Part shown: positions 8,672 to 18,848 of the stretch, in pieces
How the letters are laid out: each line of letters begins with the position of its first letter
How positions within the stretch are numbered: position 1 is the first letter of the stretch
Origin: Desulfatiglandales bacterium
GTDB lineage: Bacteria > Desulfobacterota > DSM-4660 > Desulfatiglandales > Desulfatiglandaceae
Length of the DNA: 64,000 nt
Assembly (NCBI GenBank): GCA_963666345.1
Contig: OY762721.1
Location: 3,008,001-3,072,000 of the forward strand
Direction of reading: 5' to 3'
Program-made: the position numbers and the translations under genes
The notes under the pieces: generated by a model
Databases searched by the model: none
Seen by the model: only the letters and a program-made list of their open reading frames with translations
What the model was told of the DNA's origin: nothing

Positions 8672-10051
8672 TCATGGTTCAAGCTCGTATTTCTTGATTT
8701 TGGATATAAGCATCGGCCTGCTTACCTCAAGAATCTTTGCCGCCTGACTGCGATTACCGTTTGTGATTTTAAGGACCCTTTCTATCAGTATTTTTTCAAT
8801 GCGCCTTGAGGCCTTTTTGATTGAAAGGGTATCCTCCGATTCCATGTAAGGGGTAAATCTTTGCACCTGGGTTATCTGTGAGGGTAGATCCGCGGGCGTT
8901 ATCCATTTTGCAGACGCGAGCAGGACTGCCCTTTCCATTACGTTTTCCAATTCTCTTACGTTTCCCGGCCAGGAGTGCTCCATAAGAAGAGGCATGGAAT
9001 CGGAGCTGAGCCCCTCTATCTCCTTGTTTAGTTTTTTATTGAACAGGTCGATAAAGTATCCGATAAGAAGAGGTATGTCTCCTTTCCTCTCTCTCAGGGG
9101 CGGAAGGTGTATCCTCATGACATTTATGCGATAAAGCAGGTCTTCTCTGAATCTACCCTCTCCGACTTCCTTGTCCAGGTCCTTGGATGTGGCTGCTATT
9201 ACCCTGACATCGATTTTTTTGGATCCAGACCCTCCCAGAGGTGTTATCTCTTCCTCCTGAAGCACCCTGAGCAGTTTTATCTGCAGAGACAAGGGCAGTT
9301 CCCCTATTTCGTCAAGAAATATCGTGCCTCCGTCAGCCTCTTCGAAACGGCCAGGTTTGTCCTTTACCGCGTCTGTGAATGCGCCCTTTTTATAGCCGAA
9401 AAGCTCGCTTTCAAGGAGGTTTTCAGGGATACTGCCGCAGTTTATGTTAACAAGTGGATATGGGGCCCTGGCTCCTCTTGAATGAATCGCCCGAGTAATC
9501 AGCTCTTTGCCGGTTCCGCTTTCACCTGTTATAAGTACGGTTGTCTTGTGATCCACCACTTTATCAACAAGCTCAAATACCTTTGCCATCGCCTCGCTTC
9601 TGGCTATGATGTTTCCGAAGGAATACTTTTTTTCAATCTTGCTGACGACATTTCTCAGCTTTACATTTTCATCTTTAAGCCGTTCCCGTTCTTCCGCCTT
9701 TTTCAGGGTGAGGAGCACCTCATCCTTTTTAAAGGGTTTTGATATGTAATCATAGGCCCCTATTTTCATGGCTTCAATAGCAGTTTCAATGGTTCCGTAG
9801 GCTGATATCATGATATAGTTTTTTTCAGGAAATCTGTCCTTCGATTTTTTCAGAAATGTCATTCCGTCCATGCGGGGCATTTTTATATCACAGAGGATAA
9901 ACCGAAAATCGGATCTGTCCATACATTCAAGACCTTCAACACCGTCTGATGCGCTCTCGACGTTATAGCCGGCTTTATCCAGCATTGTTTCAAGCATATG
10001 CCTCATGTTTTCTTCATCGTCTATAATTAGAACACTTTGCCTCACCATCAA
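8672..10051 (-). CDS. Sigma-54-dependent response regulator (NtrC/AtoC/PilR family)
   Basis: Receiver domain, [14 protein letters not shown] variant of [16 protein letters not shown], Fis-type HTH. Confidence 0.93.
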   Translation of the reverse strand: MMVRQSVLIIDDEENMRHMLETMLDKAGYNVESASDGVEGLECMDRSDFRFILCDIKMPRMDGMTFLKKSKDRFPEKNYIMISAYGTIETAIEAMKIGAYDYISKPFKKDEVLLTLKKAEERERLKDENVKLRNVVSKIEKKYSFGNIIARSEAMAKVFELVDKVVDHKTTVLITGESGTGKELITRAIHSRGARAPYPLVNINCGSIPENLLESELFGYKKGAFTDAVKDKPGRFEEADGGTIFLDEIGELPLSLQIKLLRVLQEEEITPLGGSGSKKIDVRVIAATSKDLDKEVGEGRFREDLLYRINVMRIHLPPLRERKGDIPLLIGYFIDLFNKKLNKEIEGLSSDSMPLLMEHSWPGNVRELENVMERAVLLASAKWITPADLPSQITQVQRFTPYMESEDTLSIKKASRRIEKILIERVLKITNGNRSQAAKILEVSRPMLISKIKKYELEP

Positions 10052-10375
10052 TTATCTCCAATTCCACCGGTACGAGCGGTAACTATATAAATTCAGACCA
10101 AATATCGGTCCATGACTATCATTTTTAATGGTTGATCTCTTGCAGTGCCCGGCTGTAAAGAGGGCATCGGCAGGGATTATGTCTCAGTCCGATCCCGAAG
10201 TATGGCAATATACAAAAAAACACCTGATTTGCAAATACCCTTGAAAAGAAAAATGCCTTGCCAAGGCCGTTTGCATGCCGGGCGCATATAATGCCTCGCG
10301 CGCCGTGCCGAATTGCTCGGCTTTTCTCCCAACAGGCTGCCGCAAGGCCTTATAAACAGACTTTTTACGAATATA

Positions 10376-11935
10376 TCAAGGTTTATCTTGAAGTTTCCTG
10401 TGGTAAAGGGGCAGGCTGACTGTAATCATAAAACCCTTTTCACTCATGTTTTCGGCCCTTATATCCCCTTGCAATCCATCTATTATGCTGTGACATACGG
10501 AAAGCCCCAGGCCGGTTCCTTTTCCAGGGTCTTTAGTCGTATAAAAGGGATCGAAGATACGTTCTATTCCGTCATCCGGGACTCCCGGCCCGTTATCGGA
10601 AAACTTTATTAAAAGAGAGTCATCCCTGTTTGTCGTCTCGATGCTGATTGTTTTTGCATTTTGTTGCCCTTCCGATTCCCCTATGGATTCAGCAGAGTTA
10701 ATCAGCAGGTTAACTATGAGCTGCTTCAATCGCGCCGGATCCGCCCATACTGTGTCATGATCGGCATCCAGAGAGGTTTTGATATCAATTCCGGACATCA
10801 TCGGCTGCGGTTCCAGAAGTGAGACAACTTCATCGACGGATGCATGAAATCGGGTCACCTCTTTTTTCCCGCTTGAAGGTCTTGAGAAATCGAGCAGCTG
10901 CCTTATGATTTCGCTTATGCGGTTAATCTCCGATTCGATACGCCTGAGAAAATCTTCTTTTTCATCATAGGCGAGATCACTGCCTTTCAATAACTCAACG
11001 TAGCCGAGGACGATTCCTATGGGATTGCCGATTTCATGAGCCACACCTGTGGCAATTTGACCGATCGAGGCCATTTTTTCAGATCTGAAAACCTCCTCCT
11101 GGGCCTTTCTGATCTCTTTGTTGGCCTTTTCAAGAGACTGGATGTGGCTCCTTAATTCCAGCTTATTCTCTTCGAGACGTCTGAGCATAATATTGAGGGA
11201 CCGGTAGAGCTGGCCGATCTCATTTTTTGATGTTTCCGTAATGTCTTTAAATGGAATGTCTTTTCCGAATTCATTCGTGATACGAACCAGACGCTTCACC
11301 GGCCTTACAACCGTCCTTGAAAGGAGGTAGAAACCGAAGATTACAAGGACAAAGGTATTGAGAAGGATAAAGAGTATCATGAGCGCCTCCGTATCCCTGA
11401 GCCTTTTGTAGAGAGGCGAAAAGTCGGCGCACACGGAGGCGGAACCTATAACCCTGTTTTCAAAAGTCAAAGGAGCCGATAATATCGCCTTTTCATGGGC
11501 AAACCAGATTGCTCCCCACGTGCTGCCCAAAAAGGAGGTGGAGGCATTTCCGGTTGTCAATGCCTCGAGTGAATTGGAAAAGGCCTTTGTCCTTGAATCT
11601 CCCCATCCCTCAGTGCCGAGCAACACCTTGCCTTGCCTGTTTATGATCATTAACTCCGACAGGCCTCCCACCCTGAGCGCACCGTCCAGCAGGTTTGAAA
11701 GGGTTGAAATATCAGACGCACTAACGCCGGCGTCGGTTTTCAGGATGTCTATGACCGCCCCCTGCTCGATGGATTGCAGGAAAAGACGCCCCGCCTGAAC
11801 CTTATAACCTATAAGGTCTCTTTCGGAAAATTTAAGCATAACCACATTTATCAGCACCATGGCCGAGAGAATAAGGAGTACCAGGTGAGAGAGTATGGTG
11901 GTTCTGAGGCTGTATATGGGAAATCGCAAGGCCAA
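10376..11935 (-). CDS. Membrane sensor histidine kinase (HAMP, NtrB-like)
   Basis: Two TM segments, AHEIGNP H-box, DNGPG, FDPFYTTK, GTGLGL. Confidence 0.92.
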   Translation of the reverse strand: MALRFPIYSLRTTILSHLVLLILSAMVLINVVMLKFSERDLIGYKVQAGRLFLQSIEQGAVIDILKTDAGVSASDISTLSNLLDGALRVGGLSELMIINRQGKVLLGTEGWGDSRTKAFSNSLEALTTGNASTSFLGSTWGAIWFAHEKAILSAPLTFENRVIGSASVCADFSPLYKRLRDTEALMILFILLNTFVLVIFGFYLLSRTVVRPVKRLVRITNEFGKDIPFKDITETSKNEIGQLYRSLNIMLRRLEENKLELRSHIQSLEKANKEIRKAQEEVFRSEKMASIGQIATGVAHEIGNPIGIVLGYVELLKGSDLAYDEKEDFLRRIESEINRISEIIRQLLDFSRPSSGKKEVTRFHASVDEVVSLLEPQPMMSGIDIKTSLDADHDTVWADPARLKQLIVNLLINSAESIGESEGQQNAKTISIETTNRDDSLLIKFSDNGPGVPDDGIERIFDPFYTTKDPGKGTGLGLSVCHSIIDGLQGDIRAENMSEKGFMITVSLPLYHRKLQDKP

Positions 11936-12157
11936 AATTATTTTTCCCTTAACTGAGTATGAATTTTTTAGTTGATTTTAACCCTCTTCTTCGCTTTGAA
12001 TGAAGATAACGCCATATGATAATCCAAAGAGGGGATTATTTCTATAATATATAATCAGGCCTTGGGTTCAATTCTATTGCCTGCGGTTAATCTATCTGTT
12101 AATAAGTGTCCCAAGGGCGGAAGATATAAGAGAGAAAGGCTTCACACTATTAAAGCT

Positions 12158-12787
12158 ATGGAAAGATCTGGTTATTCAGGAACAAATAAAAAGCCGGTTA
12201 CACTGAATATAAATCCGGAAAACCCCCAGCAGCGTCTCATAAAAAGGGTGGTCGACGTACTGGAAAATGGGGGGGTCATCGCATACCCCACAGATACCTT
12301 TTACGGTATCGGCTGTGACCTTTTCAATAAAAAGGCGATTCAGCTTATCTATCGGTTAAAAAAGAGACCCTTGAAAAAGCCCTTTTCTTTCGTGTGTGAC
12401 AGTCTCAAAGAGATAAGCCGTTATGCGGTGGTCTCAAATTACGCCTACAAGACCATGAAACGCTGTCTTCCCGGTCCATATACATTTATACTGGAAGGAA
12501 CAAGGCTCGTGCCCAAGATTATGCTTACCAAAAGAAAGACGGTGGGAATAAGGGTGCCTGATAACCGAATTTGCATTGAACTGGTAACCAATCTCGGCAG
12601 GCCGATAATTAGTACGAGCGCAGGATATGACGACCCCTATTCCATAGAGGAAGCCTATGGCCCTTATCTGGATGCTATAATAGATGGTGAGGTCTTATAC
12701 CCGGGCCCTTCCAGCGTTGTATCCTTGATTAATGATGAACCCGGGGTGATCAGGGAAGGGAAGGGGGATGTGAATATATTTATATAG
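12158..12787 (+). CDS. Sua5/YciO/YrdC family threonylcarbamoyl-AMP synthase
   Basis: AYPTDTFYGIGC, LPGPYTFIL, VGIRVP, STSA, REGKG; start uncertain. Confidence 0.9.
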   Translation: MERSGYSGTNKKPVTLNINPENPQQRLIKRVVDVLENGGVIAYPTDTFYGIGCDLFNKKAIQLIYRLKKRPLKKPFSFVCDSLKEISRYAVVSNYAYKTMKRCLPGPYTFILEGTRLVPKIMLTKRKTVGIRVPDNRICIELVTNLGRPIISTSAGYDDPYSIEEAYGPYLDAIIDGEVLYPGPSSVVSLINDEPGVIREGKGDVNIFI

Positions 12788-12802
12788 TAACTTAAGGACG
12801 GC

Positions 12803-13702
12803 CTAATCGACAGTGGGCCCCTTCCACATATACTCCAAAGGGGTTTCAAAGGAATTAAAGGCCTTTAGAACCGACCTCGCAGCAGATTCAAAGAAGAGCT
12901 CCCAGAGCTCCAGCCTGTTTTTTTGGGGGTACACAAGCGTCACATCTCCTTTGGTTCCGGTAAGGTTTTTTGCAAGATCTACGGCATCATGAAAGTTGCC
13001 GAGCCGATCCACAAGGCCCAGCTCTTTGGCCCTGGCACCTGAAAAGATTCGTCCGTCCGCTATCTGCCGTACCTTGTCCACCGACAGGCCCCTGCCCGCG
13101 GCAACATCATCAACAAATTGTGATTGTATGTCCTTGATAAGGGAGTTGAGCAATTCCTTTTCCCTTTCAGTGAGTTCTCTGTGCGGAGAGCCTATGTCCT
13201 TGAATTCTCCGCTTTTGATTACTTCAATGCTTACCCCTATCTTTTTCAGGAGGTCCTCGAATCTGAGAACCTCCATTATGACCCCTATGCTTCCGGTTAT
13301 TGCGCCGGAATTGGCCACAATACTGTCGGCGGCAGAGGCCACGTAATATCCTCCTGATGCGGCTATTCCTCCGATGGACGCTATTACCTTTTTTGTTTTG
13401 ATCGTCCTGCGGATTTCACGATATATTTCCTGGGTAGGTCCTACCGCCCCGCCGGGAGAGTTTATCCTCAGAATGATCGCTTTGATCTTTTTATCTTTTT
13501 TAAACCTGACCAGCTGGGATGTTATGTGCCGGGAGTCAATTATCGCTCCCTGTATCGGTATAACTCCGATTTTTTCATTAAAGGAAAGATCAGTGGAGGG
13601 GGTAAAAAGCTTTATTACTATCACGATGACAATGGCCAGAAATAACCCGATGCAGCCGAGTATTGCCAGGACAGTAAGTAAGGTATGGCTTTTTTTCGAC
13701 AT
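12803..13702 (-). CDS. sppA: Signal peptide peptidase SppA (36K type)
   Basis: INSPGG, AASGGYYVA, TGSIGV, KSGEFKD, ADGRIFSG. Confidence 0.95.
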   Translation of the reverse strand: MSKKSHTLLTVLAILGCIGLFLAIVIVIVIKLFTPSTDLSFNEKIGVIPIQGAIIDSRHITSQLVRFKKDKKIKAIILRINSPGGAVGPTQEIYREIRRTIKTKKVIASIGGIAASGGYYVASAADSIVANSGAITGSIGVIMEVLRFEDLLKKIGVSIEVIKSGEFKDIGSPHRELTEREKELLNSLIKDIQSQFVDDVAAGRGLSVDKVRQIADGRIFSGARAKELGLVDRLGNFHDAVDLAKNLTGTKGDVTLVYPQKNRLELWELFFESAARSVLKAFNSFETPLEYMWKGPTVD

Positions 13703-13717
13703 GGCTGGAATTAAATC

Positions 13718-13743
13718 AAGGCCATGAGAAGCCCCATGGCCTT
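13718..13743. terminator. Hairpin between rpsA and sppA
   Basis: AAGGCCATG-N8-CATGGCCTT. Confidence 0.5.
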
Positions 13744-13785
13744 TTGAAAATTAGGTGAATGCTGCTGTCGGCTCCTCGCTTCGAG

Positions 13786-15738
13786 TTAATTATCCTTTTG
13801 TTCGGCTTCCGGGGCTGATTCTTCGGCAGATTCCGGCTCAGTGTCAGATCCTTCGGCAGATTCCGGTTCAGTGTCGAATTCGGCAGGCTGTTCATCATGA
13901 ATGATTTCAGCGTCTTGTTCTACCGCGGGTTCCTGTTGCTGCAGATTAAGCATCTCTTCTCTAAGCAATTCTCCCAGGTTGGACGTGGCCTCCTGATGGT
14001 TGTCAAGATAGCTCCTGTAGATGTCCTTTTCACTTGTCTCTTCGAGCTTTCTTATGGAAAGGCCGATCTTTTTCTCAGGACGCGATACATTTATCACCTT
14101 TGCCTGAATAACGTCATCCACCTGAAAACGGGACAGTGGATTTCCATGCTTGTCCGTCGAGATTTCAGAGATATGGACCAGACCTTCGATACCCTCTTCA
14201 AGTTCAAGGAACAGGCCGAAATCCGTTACGTTCGTAACGGTGCCGGTAACCCTGGTGCCTGGTTTATATTTGTAAGGGATTTCATCCCATGGATCAGAGG
14301 CGAGCTGCTTTATACCGAGAGAAAAGCGTTCGTTTCCCTTGTCAATATTGAGCACCACGGCCTGGACCTCCTGGCCCTTTTTGTATACCTCTGAGGGGTG
14401 CTTTATCCTTTTTGTCCAAGATATGTCGGATATATGCACAAGACCGTCTATGCCCTCATCAATGCCTATAAATATCCCGAAGTCGGTTATATTTTTGATC
14501 CGGCCTTCTATGGTGGTTCCCACCGGATATTTCTCTTCTATTACATCCCATGGATTGGGTTCAACCTGCTTCATGCCGAGCGAGATTCGTTTTTTCCCCA
14601 CGTCGATGTTGAGGACCATTGCCTCAACCGTATCACCCACGCTCAGCAGTTGTGAGGGATGCCTGATCTTTCTTGTCCATGACATCTCAGAGACATGAAT
14701 AAGACCTTCCACACCCTGTTCAACCTCAACAAAGACCCCATAATCGGTCAGGCTTACCACCCTGCCTCCGATTACCTTTCCGATCGGGAATTTTTCTTCC
14801 GCCTGGCTCCATGGATCAGGGGCGAGCTGTTTTATCCCGAGCGATACCCTTTCTTTTTCCTTGTCAAAGTTGAGCACCTTGACCTTTATATTGTCCCCGA
14901 TCTGATGCATCTCCGAAGGGTGCCCCACTCTTCCCCAAGACATGTCGGTGATATGAACGAGCCCGTCGATCCCGCCCAGATCAATGAAAAGGCCATAGTC
15001 GGTAATGTTTTTGACCGCCCCTTCAAGCACTGCGCCTTCTTCTATGTTTTTGAGGGTTTCTTCCTTCAGGGCGAGCCTTTCCGCCTCCAAAAGAGCGCGC
15101 CTGGACAGTACTATATTGCCTCTTCTTTTATTGTATTTGACTATCTTGAATTCATGTTCTGTGTTGACCAGAGAATCCATGTCTCTTACCGGTCTCAGAT
15201 CCAGCTGAGATCCTGGTAAAAAAGCCTGCAGGCCGATATCCACTGAGAGCCCACCCTTGACCCTGGCGGTTATCGTTCCCTTTATTGTCCCGTCGTTTTC
15301 ATAGATCTCTTTTATCTCATCCCAGATCTTTATCTTTGCGGCTTTTTCCTTGGAAAGCTTGATGGTTCCTTCGTCGTCTTCTCTTCGTTCAAGAAGAACA
15401 TCTACTTTGGCTCCCACCTCGGCGGTCAGGTTCCCTTCCGGGTCTATGAATTCCTGAATGCGAATCTGTCCTTCAGACTTGTATCCAATATCAACAAGGA
15501 CAAATTCCTTGTCAACCTGGACTATCTCACCCCTTACGACCTCACCTTCCTGCATGCTCTTCAGGCTTTCTTCATACATTTCCATGAAATTTTCGCCGTC
15601 CGGCATCTCTTCTCCGAATTCATCGTCAGGGCTGGTGGTTTCGCTTTCAATTATTTCCTCTTCATCCATTAGGCCGGTCTCTTCATGTTCTTCTTCAAGG
15701 TTTTTGTTTTCAGCTGTTTCTTGTGTCGGTTTTTCCAT
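13786..15738 (-). CDS. rpsA: 30S ribosomal protein S1 with acidic N- and C-terminal extensions
   Basis: Six S1 repeats (DIGYKSEG, AFLPGSQ, DGLVHITDMSW, EGLIHVSEMSW and others); ATG 15738 follows GGAGGGGG. Confidence 0.96.
   Translation of the reverse strand: MEKPTQETAENKNLEEEHEETGLMDEEEIIESETTSPDDEFGEEMPDGENFMEMYEESLKSMQEGEVVRGEIVQVDKEFVLVDIGYKSEGQIRIQEFIDPEGNLTAEVGAKVDVLLERREDDEGTIKLSKEKAAKIKIWDEIKEIYENDGTIKGTITARVKGGLSVDIGLQAFLPGSQLDLRPVRDMDSLVNTEHEFKIVKYNKRRGNIVLSRRALLEAERLALKEETLKNIEEGAVLEGAVKNITDYGLFIDLGGIDGLVHITDMSWGRVGHPSEMHQIGDNIKVKVLNFDKEKERVSLGIKQLAPDPWSQAEEKFPIGKVIGGRVVSLTDYGVFVEVEQGVEGLIHVSEMSWTRKIRHPSQLLSVGDTVEAMVLNIDVGKKRISLGMKQVEPNPWDVIEEKYPVGTTIEGRIKNITDFGIFIGIDEGIDGLVHISDISWTKRIKHPSEVYKKGQEVQAVVLNIDKGNERFSLGIKQLASDPWDEIPYKYKPGTRVTGTVTNVTDFGLFLELEEGIEGLVHISEISTDKHGNPLSRFQVDDVIQAKVINVSRPEKKIGLSIRKLEETSEKDIYRSYLDNHQEATSNLGELLREEMLNLQQQEPAVEQDAEIIHDEQPAEFDTEPESAEGSDTEPESAEESAPEAEQKDN
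13821..13880 (-). repeat. 30-bp in-frame tandem duplication in the rpsA tail (DTEPESAE x2)
   Basis: CTTCGGCAGATTCCGG(C/T)TCAGTGTC at 13821 and 13851. Confidence 0.85.
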
Positions 15739-15825
15739 TAACGTAATTACCCCCTCCATCAATTTTCCAAGCTATCAAGGCTCAAATACGAATTACTATC
15801 AAATGATAAGCCCAAGTTCAACCTT

Positions 15826-16512
15826 TTATTTTAAAAAAATCCTGGATTGTTTACCTAAATCAATATGTTTTAAAATTTTATCCAAAACGTCGCCTATATT
15901 GATGTCGGTCGAATCTATTACTATCGCATCCTGTGCCGCTTTAAGAGGGGCAATCGCCCGCGATTGATCCTGCTTGTCCCTGTTTCGGATATCGGCTGAA
16001 ACGGAATCGAAGTCTACTTCTTCTCCGAGCTCGACTCTTTCTCTGTACCTCCTTTTCGCCCTTATATCAGGGGAGGCGGTAAGGAAGAATTTGTGATCAG
16101 CCATCGGAAAAACAACGGTTCCCATATCTCTTCCTTCTGCCACCACATCGTTATCTTCAGCCATGTCGCGCTGTAGGTCGGTCATGGCATCCCTGACAAT
16201 TTTCAGGGAAGAGACCTTGGAGGAAAGCATGTCCATCTCGGGCGTTCTTATGTCTTTGGACACATCTTTGTTTCCAAGAAAGAGTCTGTCGGCCTTTTCA
16301 CCCTTTACAAACCTCAGCTCAATCGTTTGACACATTGTCTTCATCTTTTCAGTGTCAATACTGCGGAGACCTCTTATTTTGGCTGCCAGTGCTACCGCCC
16401 TGTACATGGCGCCTGTATCCAGATAGAGAAAACCCAGCTTTTTGGCCAAAAGCCGGCTTACAGTGCTTTTGCCCGATCCTGCGGGTCCGTCTATGGTGAT
16501 AATGCAGTTCAC
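15826..16512 (-). CDS. cmk: Cytidylate kinase
   Basis: IDGPAGSGKST, LDTGAMYRA, EGRDMGTVVFP. Confidence 0.97.
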   Translation of the reverse strand: MNCIITIDGPAGSGKSTVSRLLAKKLGFLYLDTGAMYRAVALAAKIRGLRSIDTEKMKTMCQTIELRFVKGEKADRLFLGNKDVSKDIRTPEMDMLSSKVSSLKIVRDAMTDLQRDMAEDNDVVAEGRDMGTVVFPMADHKFFLTASPDIRAKRRYRERVELGEEVDFDSVSADIRNRDKQDQSRAIAPLKAAQDAIVIDSTDINIGDVLDKILKHIDLGKQSRIFLK

Positions 16513-16543
16513 AAAAAAGCCTCTTTTCCTATGCTTTGTTATT

Positions 16544-17635
16544 TCAATCAGAAAGGGCAGCCTTTAAGGCCCTGATAAACCGCTCGTTTTCCTCGGGAAT
16601 TCCAACTGTTATCCTTATGTAATCAGGAAGATCGTAACTCTCCATGGACCTTATTATTACGCCCTTTTTGAGCAGTCGTTCATATGTTTTCGTCCCCCCT
16701 GCAGGCACCTTTATCAAAAAGAAATTGGTTTGAGTTCGCAGATAGTTAAGACCCATTTTATCAAGTTCCGAATAGAGATATCCCAGGCCTTCTTGTACCA
16801 GCCTGAGGGTTTTTAAGACAAATTCATCGTCCTCCAGGGCGGCGGTTGCAGCTGCTTGAGCCAGCGTATTGGCGTTGAATGGTTGCCTTACCCTGTTCAT
16901 GAAATCTATCAGTTCCGGTGATGCAAACCCATAGCCGATCCTCAGGCCGGCCAGGCCGTAAAGCTTTGAAAAAGTCCTCAGAATGAAAATATGGGGGTGC
17001 TCTGACAGCATTTCCAAACCATTTGCAGCACGTTTATCCGTAACGAATTCAATATAAGCCTCATCCAGTAAGATGACTATATCTTTGGGCAGTTCCCTTA
17101 GAAAGGCGGTCATATCCTTTTTGAAAATCAGGGAGCCGGTTGGATTATTAGGGTTGTTTATGAATATCAGCTTTGTGCGGGGGGTAATCTTTCGCAATAT
17201 ACCGCTGAGGTCTATTCCGAAGTTGGAAAGGGGTACTGATTTCATGCTTCCTCCCGCACCCCTGACTATCTTTTCATACACAAGAAAGGTGGGAACGGCT
17301 TGTATCGCTTCTTCTCCGCTTGAAAGAAAGGTCCTTACCGCAAGTTCGATCAATTCATTAGAGCCGTTTCCAAGGATAATATTTTCTCCCGGGACAGCAA
17401 ATTTTTCGCTTAACCTGGATTTGAGGTAATAACCGCTTCCATCCGGATAGCGATTCAGGGCCTCAAGCTCACTCATTATCGCCTTAACAGCGAAAGGCGA
17501 GGGGCCGAGGGGATTTTCATTTGAGGCGAGCTTAATGGAACCCATAATACCCAGCTCCCTCTCAAGCTCCTTTATCGGTTTGCCGGGTGGGTAGGGAATA
17601 AGTCCTTCCACCCCTTTTCTGGTAAGTCTTTTCAC
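16544..17635 (-). CDS. hisC: Histidinol-phosphate aminotransferase
   Basis: KLASNENP, NPNNPTG, DEAY, RTFSKLYGLAGLRIGY. Confidence 0.95.
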   Translation of the reverse strand: MKRLTRKGVEGLIPYPPGKPIKELERELGIMGSIKLASNENPLGPSPFAVKAIMSELEALNRYPDGSGYYLKSRLSEKFAVPGENIILGNGSNELIELAVRTFLSSGEEAIQAVPTFLVYEKIVRGAGGSMKSVPLSNFGIDLSGILRKITPRTKLIFINNPNNPTGSLIFKKDMTAFLRELPKDIVILLDEAYIEFVTDKRAANGLEMLSEHPHIFILRTFSKLYGLAGLRIGYGFASPELIDFMNRVRQPFNANTLAQAAATAALEDDEFVLKTLRLVQEGLGYLYSELDKMGLNYLRTQTNFFLIKVPAGGTKTYERLLKKGVIIRSMESYDLPDYIRITVGIPEENERFIRALKAALSD

Positions 17636-18213
17636 AAGGGGCGCTCCTTATTTGAAAGATAACAGTGATCGGCAAAAGACCATTTGAACGGTGTCCTATC
17701 GGTAAAATGGTAAAAGAAAGCGGGTGTCTTCATAAAAAGGCCGGTTGTCACGCCTCAGGCGGGACTATGCTTCATCTGTTGTCATTGCGCCGCCGGAAGC
17801 GGGATAAGAAGTAAGACTCATAAGTAAAGCCTTGTACCGTTTCAGTTTCGATGCTTAACGAATGCATCAAATATAGATGTATGCTCGTCATAAGGACGTT
17901 TAATAACAAATGCATGGAAAAATGCTGAAGAATTTTCTGTCTTTAGCCGGAATAAAAAAAATCCATCAAGCAATCAATAATAATATCATTCTTGCATAAA
18001 TTATCTGCCTTATAACGCAGGGAAGTAAAAATGTAAACAGATGCGTGAAATCGAGTAAGGTGTGTTTTATCGAAGGAGCTGGAGGCGGTTGGCCGCATCT
18101 TTGCCCGGTCATTTTGCCAATTAGGGCTTGACTTGAGTAAACGCTTCAATTATTTTTGTTTACCAGCCAAGGTAACCACTTTTAATTATTCCAATATCAG
18201 ACAGAGGAAGATC

Positions 18214-18492
18214 ATGAATAAATCGCAATTGATAGAGGCCCTCGCAAGAGAGGAAAATCTGCCGCTGAAAAAGGCGGAAGAGGTTGTCAATACTGTCTTT
18301 GGAGACATGGAGACTGCCCTAGTCAGAGGCGAAAGAATAGAGATCAGAGGCCTTGGTAGCTTTAAGGTCAAGCGGTATGACGGTTACAAGGGAAGGAACC
18401 CTAAGACGGGTGAGGTTATTGAGGTAACACCGAAGAAGTTACCCTTTTTCAAGGTGGGAAAAGAACTGAAAGAAAGGGTCGATTTCGAATAA
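18214..18492 (+). CDS. ihfB: Integration host factor beta subunit
   Basis: MNKSQLIE, RIEIRGLGSF, GRNPKTGE, PFFKVGKELKERV. Confidence 0.88.
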   Translation: MNKSQLIEALAREENLPLKKAEEVVNTVFGDMETALVRGERIEIRGLGSFKVKRYDGYKGRNPKTGEVIEVTPKKLPFFKVGKELKERVDFE

Positions 18493-18595
18493 AATCTTCT
18501 GTTTTGATCCCCTTTTCACCGGAGGGGATTGAAGCCCGCCTCTTGAGCCAACGTTTTATGCGTGGGCCTTTTATTTAAGATATCCTTGATGCCGA

Positions 18596-18737
18596 GGGCA
18601 TCTTTTCCGCTTGGGTGAGGATGGACCCTGCGTGACAGGCACTTGCGAACCCCGTCAGATCCGGGAGGAAGCAGCGGTAAGCGAGAAAGCCTGTGTCGTG
18701 GCGGTATCTATCCTCACCCAAGCGGGAAAGATGCCTT
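18596..18737 (+). ncRNA. ffs: Small SRP RNA (4.5S) including closing stem; mature ends approximate (about 18613-18720)
   Basis: Helix-8 motif GTCAGATCC-GGGA-GGAAGCAGC at the apex of a long hairpin; GGGCATCTTTTCCGCTTGGGTGAGGAT pairs with ATCCTCACCCAAGCGGGAAAGATGCCT. Confidence 0.92.
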
Positions 18738-18848
18738 AAATATGATTTTATCAGGATATGGAAAGCCGGGATTTAAAGGGCCGGCCCCAATTACTTCCAG
18801 GGTGAGACAGTATCCCCTCCCAAAATTGAATGGGCAGGACACTCAGAA

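Noticed and set aside
10052..10375. Sigma-54 promoter or small gene between the kinase and regulator
   Set aside because: TGGCA-like matches lack a correctly spaced TTGC, and there is no convincing ORF
17636..18213. Leader peptide or attenuator upstream of hisC
   Set aside because: The short ORF found lacks His or aromatic codon runs, and no clear terminator/antiterminator pair was seen
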